From Trueperaceae bacterium (GTDB lineage: Bacteria; Deinococcota; Deinococci; Deinococcales; Trueperaceae), in assembly GCA_034520945.1 (NCBI GenBank), contig JAXHNB010000001.1:353593-417592 (forward strand): a stretch of DNA of 64,000 bases, given 5' to 3'. The notes below the pieces were generated by a model. The model made no database searches. It saw only the letters and a program-made list of their open reading frames with translations, and was not told the origin of the DNA. The translations under genes were made by a program, and so were the position numbers. Shown piece after piece: positions 41,090-48,911 of this stretch; within the stretch, counting starts at the first letter, position 1; each line of letters begins with the position of its first letter.

Positions 41090-42081
41090 CCGGCCCCGGG
41101 CGCTCCGACGCCGCCCGCCTCCTCAGGGGTGGGGGGCGCGTCCGTGCCGCCCGACTCCAGCCAGGCGCGCTGCGCCGGCGTGAGCGGCCGGCGGACGGCG
41201 TCGCGCAGGGCGCGGTACTCCTCCGGCGTGCGGCAGCCGACGAGGGCGTGCACGTCCATTCCTTGCGACAGCGCGTAGCGGACCAGCAGCGGCGTCACCT
41301 CGCTCCCCTCCGCGCGCGCCAGGCGGTGCGCCCGCGCGCGACGGGCGGCGTTGTCCTCCGACGCGAACACGCGCGCGGCCAACGATCGCGCCGGATCGTC
41401 CGGCTCGCCCTCCTGATCCAGCACGAAGTACCCCATCGCCAAACTGGACCAGGCCAGCACCGGCAGGCCCGTGTCCGCGTAGTAGGCCCGCTCGGCCTCC
41501 GCCGCGGGCCCGGCGATGGTGACGCAGCCCGGCCAGGGTGGTTCAAAGGGGACGGCCAGGCTGAAGTGGGGGCTGGAGGCGGCCAAGCCGGGCAGGCCTT
41601 CGCGCTGGGCGTACGCCTGCGCGGCCCGCACGCGCTCCGCGGTCCAATTCGAGACGCCGTACGCCCGCACGCGGCCTTCGGCGCGGAACGCGTCCAGGAA
41701 CGACACGATCTCGTCGACCGGCACGCGCGGGTCGTCGCGGTGCAGCAGGTACACGTCGACGGCGTCCAGGCCCAGGCGCTCCAGCGAGCCCTCCAGGTCG
41801 GCGCGGACCTCGGCGGCGCCTACGCGGTCGCGGCCGTCATAGGGGTGGCCGCCCTTGGTGATCACGAACGGGGGTGGCGTGCCGGGGTGCTGCGCCAGCC
41901 AGGCGCCGAAGATCCGCTCGGCGCTGCCGCGGCCGTAGTTCTCCGCCAGGTCGAAGGTGGTGCAGCCCGCCTCCGCCACGCCGTCCAGCAGCGCCAACGC
42001 TCGCTGCTGCGGGAGGCTCTCCAGCATGGCGGTGCCCTGGATCAGCCGCTCCGCGGTGCGGCCCGCCACGCTCAAGGGCAT
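40951..42081 (-). CDS. Aldo/keto reductase
   Basis: FDLAENYGRGSAE, ITKGGHP, SLERLGLDAVDVYLLHRDD, GVSNW, AWSSLA; 3' end uncertain because it overlaps the ferredoxin. Confidence 0.85.
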   Translation of the reverse strand: MPLSVAGRTAERLIQGTAMLESLPQQRALALLDGVAEAGCTTFDLAENYGRGSAERIFGAWLAQHPGTPPPFVITKGGHPYDGRDRVGAAEVRADLEGSLERLGLDAVDVYLLHRDDPRVPVDEIVSFLDAFRAEGRVRAYGVSNWTAERVRAAQAYAQREGLPGLAASSPHFSLAVPFEPPWPGCVTIAGPAAEAERAYYADTGLPVLAWSSLAMGYFVLDQEGEPDDPARSLAARVFASEDNAARRARAHRLARAEGSEVTPLLVRYALSQGMDVHALVGCRTPEEYRALRDAVRRPLTPAQRAWLESGGTDAPPTPEEAGGVGAPGAGYNPDSSAFFWMNDVHSSGTSSSGKIASTGQAGTHASQSMHSSGWM

Positions 42082-42116
42082 CTCGGCCCTCGCGCAGGGA
42101 TCTAGCCCGGCGCCCC

Positions 42117-43052
42117 TCACAGCCCCAGGCCCTTCAGGTACTCGCGGTTGCGTCGGGCGCTGTCCTTGGGCGTGCCCATGCCGGGCAGCACGTCCTGCTC
42201 GACGGTGATCCAGTCGGCGTAGCCGCGCGTCCGCAAGAACTCGGTGACGGCGGCGAAGTCGACGCTGCCCTGGCCCAGCTCGCAGAACAGGCCGTGGCGG
42301 ACGGCGGTGGTGTAGTCCCAGCCGTCGCTGCGGGCGCGGCGGGCCAGGGCGTCGCTGCAGTCCTTGACGTGCACGTAGCGGGTGCGGTCCCAGAAGCGCT
42401 GCAACCCGCGCAGCGCGGCGTCCCCCTCCGGGTCGGGCGCGCCGGTGCCGTAGACGTAATGGCCCGTGTCGAACACCAGGCTGAGCAGATCCGGGTCGGT
42501 GTCCTCCAGCAGACGGGCGGTCTCCTCGGGGGTTTCCACGAACCCGGCGCAGTGGGGGTGGAACACCGTGGCCAGGCCGGTCTCGCCCTGCACGATGCGG
42601 GCGATCTCCTCGGCGTTGCCGGTGAAGGTGCGCCAGGCGTCTCGGTCCAGGCCCAGCGCCGGCGTGACGCGGCCGGCCTCCCGTTCGCGGGCCGGGTCGC
42701 GGCCGTTGTCGTCGGCCAGCACGAACAGGGGCGGGCGGGCAGGATCGGCGACGGCGGCCAGCAGGCGGGTGACGGCCAGGACCCGCTGGCGCGCCTCCCG
42801 TACCGCGTCCCGGTCGCGCAGGTTCACGCCCTGAAAGCCGCCCAGCATGGTGAGGCCGCGCGCGTCCAGCGCCTCGCGGAGCTGCGCGGGGTCGGTCGGC
42901 ATGAAGCCGTAGTCGCCCAGTTCGGTGCCTTGGTAGCCGGTGTCGACCAGTTCGTCCAGCATGCGGGCGTGGTCGATGCCGGCGTCGCCCTCGCCGATCA
43001 GGCCCCAGGAGCAGGGGGCGTTGGCGATGCGGATGTCGGGGGTCGTGTTCAC
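42117..43052 (-). CDS. IolE-like myo-inosose-2 dehydratase / TIM-barrel protein
   Basis: IANAPCSWG, GYQGTELG, FHPHCAGFVET, FDTGH, VHVKD, FCELGQG, VEQD. Confidence 0.8.
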   Translation of the reverse strand: MNTTPDIRIANAPCSWGLIGEGDAGIDHARMLDELVDTGYQGTELGDYGFMPTDPAQLREALDARGLTMLGGFQGVNLRDRDAVREARQRVLAVTRLLAAVADPARPPLFVLADDNGRDPAREREAGRVTPALGLDRDAWRTFTGNAEEIARIVQGETGLATVFHPHCAGFVETPEETARLLEDTDPDLLSLVFDTGHYVYGTGAPDPEGDAALRGLQRFWDRTRYVHVKDCSDALARRARSDGWDYTTAVRHGLFCELGQGSVDFAAVTEFLRTRGYADWITVEQDVLPGMGTPKDSARRNREYLKGLGL

Positions 43053-44563
43053 GGGGTGGCTCCCTCCCTGCCGGGAAAGTACAACGGATTGGACAGCGCC
43101 CGCACCCAGGGGCGGCCGCGCATCTCGCCGTGCAGCGCCTCCGTGCGCGCCGGGTCCAGCGCGAGCGTGTCCGCCATGGCGCGGGTGGCGGCGTCCGGGT
43201 CGCGGGCCACCACCTCCAACCGCACGAAGCGCGGCGGGTCGTTCAGGGTGCAGGCGTCCTCGAAGTCGGCGTCGTCGATGTCCACGCTCCGGAGCGGGCC
43301 GTCCGGGCCGACCCAGCGGAGCGTGGCCCCTTCGGCGGCGCGCACGTCGGCGTGCAGGCGCACGGGCGGCGCGGTCTCCTCGACCTGGCCCATGTCGGCG
43401 GTGGGGCCGCGCAGGATCACGCTGGGCCCCTCCGGCCCCTCGCCCACGAACACGCGCCCCCGCCGGATCCCCGCCAGGATGGCCTCGGTCGTGCACGCCT
43501 CCGCCCACACGAAGGTGGTGGGGCTGCCGACCTGCAGGGCGGGCGGGTCCGGGTCGGGCCCGGCCGGCTGGTGCCGGTCGCTGCCGCCCACCAGGGTCAG
43601 GCGCCGGCCGGCCGCCAGTTCGGCGTCGTAGCGCGCCAGCGAGGCCCAGTTCCGCTGCGGCCAGGGGCCCTGCCAGGCCTCGAACGCCTCGGCGGCGTCC
43701 GGGACGTCGTACTCCCATTCGCACCCTAGGCAGTCATTGTGCGGTTTGGGGTGATTCACGCTGAACAGGCCGCCCAGTTCGCGGGCGCGTTCGGCGGCGC
43801 GGGCGACGCCGTGCTCATTCATGGTGCGGAAGTCGACCCAGTCCCTCGCGCCCCACACGTTGGCGTGGCCGCGGTAGGTGGTGACCTCCTCGCCGGGGAT
43901 CAGCAGCGGGGCGCCCTCGCGGGCGGCGTCGTAGGCGGCGATGGCGCGGTGGTGCGACACGGTGTTGTGGTCGGTGACGGCCACGAAGTCCAGGATGCGG
44001 GCGCGGGCGGCGGCGGCCAGTTCGTCCAGGGAGCCGGCGGCGTCGCTGTGGTGCGTGTGCGCCTGCAGGTCGCCGGCGTACCAGGCGGGGCCGGATGGGC
44101 GCGGGGCGGAGGGCGTCGCGTCGGGCGTCGCGCCGGTCGCGTCGCGCGCGTCGGCCGCCTGCGTGTCGACCGCCCGCGCATCGGCCACCCGAGCGTCGCT
44201 CGGGTCATGAAGCGTGACCTCCACCCGGTAGGCGCAGCCGCCCTGAGCCACGCGGGCCAGGCCCAGCAGCACCTGCCAGGTGCCGGCGGGGAGGGGGCCG
44301 GGCAGGTAGCCGGGGGTGGCGTCATCCGTGGCGACGAACACCTCGCGGCGGGCGCCGCCGCTCCAACCGCGAAAGCCGCGTTCAGATGGGAAGGGGCCCA
44401 GGCGCGGGTCGCCCAGGCCCAGGTCCAGCAGGCTGCCGCCTTCGTGCTGGTAGGCGACGTGGATGGCGCTGGTGCCGGCCGGCACCTCGAACGGTAGGCC
44501 GAGGACGGGCTGGCGGGCGCGATCCTCGGGGGTGACGCGGCCGGTGAGGGTGAGGCGTTGCAC
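43049..44563 (-). CDS. PHP-family metallohydrolase (CehA/McbA-like)
   Basis: GDLQAHTHHSD, VTDHN, GEEVTTYRGHAN, SVNHP, GGSDRH. Confidence 0.82.
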   Translation of the reverse strand: MQRLTLTGRVTPEDRARQPVLGLPFEVPAGTSAIHVAYQHEGGSLLDLGLGDPRLGPFPSERGFRGWSGGARREVFVATDDATPGYLPGPLPAGTWQVLLGLARVAQGGCAYRVEVTLHDPSDARVADARAVDTQAADARDATGATPDATPSAPRPSGPAWYAGDLQAHTHHSDAAGSLDELAAAARARILDFVAVTDHNTVSHHRAIAAYDAAREGAPLLIPGEEVTTYRGHANVWGARDWVDFRTMNEHGVARAAERARELGGLFSVNHPKPHNDCLGCEWEYDVPDAAEAFEAWQGPWPQRNWASLARYDAELAAGRRLTLVGGSDRHQPAGPDPDPPALQVGSPTTFVWAEACTTEAILAGIRRGRVFVGEGPEGPSVILRGPTADMGQVEETAPPVRLHADVRAAEGATLRWVGPDGPLRSVDIDDADFEDACTLNDPPRFVRLEVVARDPDAATRAMADTLALDPARTEALHGEMRGRPWVRALSNPLYFPGREGATP

Positions 44564-44569
44564 GCTGCC

Positions 44570-45643
44570 TCAGGCGATCCGTTCCCCGCTGGGCGAGGCG
44601 AACAGGTGCAGGTGCTCGGGCGCGAAGGCGGCGTGCAGCCGGCCGGACACGTCGGGCGGGTCGTCGGTGAACACCCGCACCACCACCAGCGTGCCGTTCA
44701 CGTCCATCGACACCAGCGCTTCGGGGCCGAGCGGCTCCAGGCCGTACATCTCGCCGGGGATGGCGTTGGGGGTGTCGGCGTCTGCGAGCTTCAGGTGTTC
44801 GGGGCGCACGCCCAGGGTGAGCGCCTGGCCGTCGCGGCCCTGCAGCGCGTCGCGCCAGGGGGTGGCGTCCAGCGTGAAGCCGTCGCGGTGGAAGGTGCCG
44901 CCCTCGTAGGTGACGTCCAGCAGGTTCATGGGGGGGCTGCCGAGGAAGTCGGCGACGAAGGTGGTGCGCGGACGTCGGTACACCTCCAGCGGCGGGCCGA
45001 TCTGGATCAGCCGGCCGGCCTCCATCACCGCGATGCGGTCGGCCAGCGCCATCGCCTCGGCCTGGTCGTGGGTGACGTAGATGGCGGTCACGCCCAGCTC
45101 GCGTTGCAGGCGCTTCAGGAAGGCGCGGGCCTCCAGGCGCAGCTTGGCGTCCAGGTTGGAGAGCGGCTCGTCGAACAGGAACACGCGTGGCTTGTGCACC
45201 ACGGCGCGCGCCACGGAGGTGCGTTGCTGCTGCCCGCCGGAGATCTGGCCCGGCAGGCGGTCCAGCAGGTGGCCGATCTGGAGGCTGTCGGCGACCTTGC
45301 CGGCACGCTCGTTGCGTTCCCGGCCGGAGGTGCCGCGCACCTTGAGGGGGTAGGAGATGTTGTCGCGCAGGTTCATGTGCGGGTAGAGGGCGTAGTCCTG
45401 GAACACCATGCCGATGTCGCGGTCCTTGGGCGAGGTGCGGGTGACGTCCTCGTCGTCGATGCGGATGGTGCCCTCAGTGACGCGTTCCAGGCCCGCGACC
45501 AGGCGCAGGGTGGTGGTCTTGCCGCAGCCCGAGGGGCCGAGCAGGCACACGAACTCGCCGTCGTGGATGTCGAGATCGACGGCGTCGACGGCCGTGATCT
45601 CGTCGAAGCGTTTGCTGACCGACTCGAAGCGGACGTTGGCCAT
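44570..45643 (-). CDS. Carbohydrate ABC transporter ATP-binding protein
   Basis: GPSGCGKT, VFQDYALYPHM, ISGGQQQR, DEPLSNLD. Confidence 0.95.
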   Translation of the reverse strand: MANVRFESVSKRFDEITAVDAVDLDIHDGEFVCLLGPSGCGKTTTLRLVAGLERVTEGTIRIDDEDVTRTSPKDRDIGMVFQDYALYPHMNLRDNISYPLKVRGTSGRERNERAGKVADSLQIGHLLDRLPGQISGGQQQRTSVARAVVHKPRVFLFDEPLSNLDAKLRLEARAFLKRLQRELGVTAIYVTHDQAEAMALADRIAVMEAGRLIQIGPPLEVYRRPRTTFVADFLGSPPMNLLDVTYEGGTFHRDGFTLDATPWRDALQGRDGQALTLGVRPEHLKLADADTPNAIPGEMYGLEPLGPEALVSMDVNGTLVVVRVFTDDPPDVSGRLHAAFAPEHLHLFASPSGERIA

Positions 45644-45653
45644 GGTGCTCCTA

Positions 45654-46484
45654 TCAGGACTTGATGCCGCCGAAGAACTGGAAGCCGTAGCGCCAGTTCA
45701 CGAACAGGTAGAGGACGAGGACCGGGATCACGTACAGCAGCGCGTACGCCGACACCAGCGTCAGCACCGGCGTGCCGGCCTCGGTGTAGAAGGAGAAGGT
45801 CGCGGTCGCGGCGGGGAACTTCTCGGGGCTGCGCAGCAGGATGAACGGGATCAGGAACGAGCCCCACACGTTCACGAAGCCCCAGATGCCGATCACCATC
45901 ATCCCCGAGCGGGTCAGGGGCAGCACCACGTCGCGCAGCATCTGCCAGCTGCTGGCGCCGCTGACCAGGGCGGACTCCTCGTACGACTTGGGGATGCTCT
46001 GCATGAAGTCGCGCATGATGAAGATCGCGACCGGCAGCAGTCCGCCGGTGAACACCAGGATCACCGCCAGGTGCGTGTCGATCAGGCCCATGCGGAAGAT
46101 CAGCAGGAACACCGGCACCATCGCTGCGGCGCCGGTCACCACCGAGGAGAACAAGATCAAAATGTACACGAACACGTCCCGGCCGGGCAGGCGGATGCGG
46201 GACAGCGCGTAGGCGGCCAGGGTGGCGACCACGGTGATCAGGATCATCGCGCCGACGCCCTGGATGACGCTGTTCACGCTCAAGGCGCGCATGGCGAAGT
46301 CGTTCTGGAACACCTGCCGGAAGTTGGCCAGCGTCGGTTCACTCGGCAGCGACACGGACAGCGTCGCCTGGCTGTGGAACGGGGCGAGGACCAGCCACAA
46401 CAGCGGCAGGGCGAACACCGCGGCCACCACGGCCACGAAGGCGTAGAACGCGATGCGGGTGAGGACGTACTGGACGAGGTTCAT
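45654..46484 (-). CDS. Carbohydrate ABC transporter permease (MalG-like)
   Basis: IPKSYEESALVSGA (EAA loop); TM helices. Confidence 0.92.
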   Translation of the reverse strand: MNLVQYVLTRIAFYAFVAVVAAVFALPLLWLVLAPFHSQATLSVSLPSEPTLANFRQVFQNDFAMRALSVNSVIQGVGAMILITVVATLAAYALSRIRLPGRDVFVYILILFSSVVTGAAAMVPVFLLIFRMGLIDTHLAVILVFTGGLLPVAIFIMRDFMQSIPKSYEESALVSGASSWQMLRDVVLPLTRSGMMVIGIWGFVNVWGSFLIPFILLRSPEKFPAATATFSFYTEAGTPVLTLVSAYALLYVIPVLVLYLFVNWRYGFQFFGGIKS

Positions 46485-47398
46485 CGTGCCCCCTCTCCGC
46501 GGCGCAGGCCGAACAGGTAGATGCCGGCCAGCAGGAAGTTGATGATCATCACCACCACGGCGATGGCGCTGCCCTGGCCGAACTCGAAGAACTGGAACGC
46601 CACGCGGTAGGTGTGGATCGCCATGATGTCGGTCCGGAACGCCGGCCCGCCCTGCGTCAGCAGGAACGGCGTGAACACGTTGAACGTCCACAGCGTGATC
46701 AGGATCAGCGCGGTGACGACCTGCGGCCGGATCATCGGGAACAGGATGTCGCGGAAGCGTTGCCAGGCGTTGGCGCCGGCCACGTCGGCGGTCTCCAGGT
46801 ACGAGGGCCGCACGTTGCCGAGCGCGGCGGAGAACAGCAGCATCGAGAACGCCGTGCCGCGCCAGATGTTGAACATGATGATCGACACCATCGGGTAGTC
46901 CAGCAGCCAGTCGGCCCCGGGGAAACCCAGCGAGCCCAGCACCGCGTTCAGGGTGCCGCCTGGGTCCAGGAACGAGGTCCAGGTGAAGGCGATGGCTGCC
47001 TCCGGCAGAATCCAGGCGAGCGTCACCAGGGTGAACACCAGCTCACGCAGGAAGCCCTTGCGGCGGTTGAAGGTCAGCGCGATCGCCAGGCCCAAGGCGG
47101 CCTGGCCGAGCACGCACGCGACCACGAAATAGGCGGTCAGATACAGCGAATGCCCGAACTCGCCGGTCCGCATCCAGGTGGCGAAGTCGAACAGTCGTCG
47201 GAAGTTCTCGAGCCCCACGAACTGCGGGTTGGCCGCGGCGGCGCCCAGCAGGGTGCGGTCGGTGAAGCTGATGACGACGACCCAGACGAACGGGAACAGC
47301 AGGAACAGCCCGATGAAGAACAGGGCGGGCGCCAGGATCGCCAGGCCGGCGCGGCGGCTCAGGATGGGGGTCTCGTGTTGGGCGAAAGCCACGCGCAC
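46481..47398 (-). CDS. Carbohydrate ABC transporter permease (MalF-like)
   Basis: FVGLENF, YLETADVAGANAWQRF, LTQGGP. Confidence 0.92.
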   Translation of the reverse strand: MRVAFAQHETPILSRRAGLAILAPALFFIGLFLLFPFVWVVVISFTDRTLLGAAAANPQFVGLENFRRLFDFATWMRTGEFGHSLYLTAYFVVACVLGQAALGLAIALTFNRRKGFLRELVFTLVTLAWILPEAAIAFTWTSFLDPGGTLNAVLGSLGFPGADWLLDYPMVSIIMFNIWRGTAFSMLLFSAALGNVRPSYLETADVAGANAWQRFRDILFPMIRPQVVTALILITLWTFNVFTPFLLTQGGPAFRTDIMAIHTYRVAFQFFEFGQGSAIAVVVMIINFLLAGIYLFGLRRGEGAR

Positions 47399-47442
47399 GC
47401 TCCTTCGTTCGCTTGCGCAGGGGGTTCACTTGCACGGTGGGG

Positions 47443-47469
47443 CGGGAGGCCCGTCGTGCGGGCCTCCCG
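47443..47469 (-). promoter_or_regulatory. Intercistronic hairpin after the solute-binding protein gene (probable mRNA stabiliser)
   Basis: CGGGAGGCCCG-tcgtg-CGGGCCTCCCG. Confidence 0.45.
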
Positions 47470-47482
47470 TGCGTGCGTAGCG

Positions 47483-48850
47483 TCAGTCGGTGTGGGTGAC
47501 GTTCTCTTCGCCGGCGATCTCCTCGATCGCATCGGCGTACGCCTCCATCGCCTCCTGCGGCGTCATCTGGCCGCTGACGACCCGTTCGGTCATGCGCTGC
47601 GCCGCCTCGCTGATGCGGGCGTACTCGGGCAGCTGCGGACGGACGGTCGAGAACGGCAGGATCTCTTCGGCCATGCGGCTCATGTCGGGATCGCCGGTGA
47701 CCGGCACGTCGGTGCGAATGCGGATGCGGGGTTGGATCTCCTGGAACGCATCCTGCATCTCCTTGCTGAACATGAACGACATCAGCTCCCAGGAGAGGTC
47801 CGGCTCGTCGGTGTTGGGGTTCAGCGCGAAGCCGGTCCCGCCGGAGATCGACACGAAGTCGTGGCCGCCGTAGCCGCTGCCGGGCTCGCGTGCAGGCATC
47901 TTGGCCCAGCTGACGACCGCGTCGCGGCCCGCCTCGGGCTCCCACTCGCTGCCGGGCGCCATCACGGAGCGCCAGAACCAGTCGCCCTCGACCAGCATGG
48001 CGATCTCGCCGTCGCGGAAGCCTTCGAAGCTCTGCTCGCGGCCCTGCGACACCAGCTGGATGCGTTCACTGCCGAGCTCTTCGTCGAGGTAGATGGTCTC
48101 GTACAACTCCAGCGTGTCGAGGATGCCGGGGTGCGTGCCGTACCAGGTGCCCTCCTCGAAGTCGTACATGTGGATGCCGGTGCCCAGCAGCGCCATGAAG
48201 TAGCCCTGCATGGTGGTCGCTTCGCCCATGGCGGCGCCGGCGTTCAGCTGCAGCGGCGTCACGCCGTCCAGCTCGGACTGAATGGTGCGGGCGGTGTCCA
48301 GCAGGTCGGCCCAGCTCTCGGGCTGCCAGGGCGTCTCGATGCCGGCCTCTTCGAACAGGTCGGTGCGGTAGAAGATCATGCGCACGTCGGTGCCGATGCC
48401 GAGACCGTAGATCTCGCCGTCGAACCCGATCAGGTCGCGCAGGCCCTCGGGAATGGCGTCCCAGCCGTCCCAGTCCCACACCTGCTCGCCGGCGATCTGG
48501 TCCAGCGGCTCCAGGTACTCCGCCTCGACGAAGTCGGGCACCCAGAAGCCGTCGAACGCCAGCACGTCGGGGCCGCGGCCCACGCTGAGGTCCAGCGCGT
48601 ACTGCTGCTCCAGCGCCTCGTCGGAGCCGCCGAACTGGACCAGTTCCGCGTTCACCTCCTGGCCCTGTTCCTCCATGTGGGCCTCGAAGGCGGGGAAGAC
48701 GTCCTCTTGCAGCCACTGCACCATCTCGGCGTTCACGCCGTCCTCCACGCAGCGGCAGATGACCTCCACCGTGGACTGCGCGAAGGCGGGTGCGGCGAAC
48801 ATGATCACGAACAGGGTTGCGGTCGACCACTTCAGGATTCGGGCTTGCAT
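47483..48850 (-). CDS. Carbohydrate ABC transporter solute-binding protein
   Basis: Signal peptide ending AFA-Q, GPDV, IFYRTDLFEEAGI, PESWADLLDTA. Confidence 0.92.
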   Translation of the reverse strand: MQARILKWSTATLFVIMFAAPAFAQSTVEVICRCVEDGVNAEMVQWLQEDVFPAFEAHMEEQGQEVNAELVQFGGSDEALEQQYALDLSVGRGPDVLAFDGFWVPDFVEAEYLEPLDQIAGEQVWDWDGWDAIPEGLRDLIGFDGEIYGLGIGTDVRMIFYRTDLFEEAGIETPWQPESWADLLDTARTIQSELDGVTPLQLNAGAAMGEATTMQGYFMALLGTGIHMYDFEEGTWYGTHPGILDTLELYETIYLDEELGSERIQLVSQGREQSFEGFRDGEIAMLVEGDWFWRSVMAPGSEWEPEAGRDAVVSWAKMPAREPGSGYGGHDFVSISGGTGFALNPNTDEPDLSWELMSFMFSKEMQDAFQEIQPRIRIRTDVPVTGDPDMSRMAEEILPFSTVRPQLPEYARISEAAQRMTERVVSGQMTPQEAMEAYADAIEEIAGEENVTHTD

Positions 48851-48911
48851 GTGCTACCTCCTTGGGGAGCATCGATGTCGTCGCGTCGTGACGGACGGGC
48901 GTCGAGCGGAT

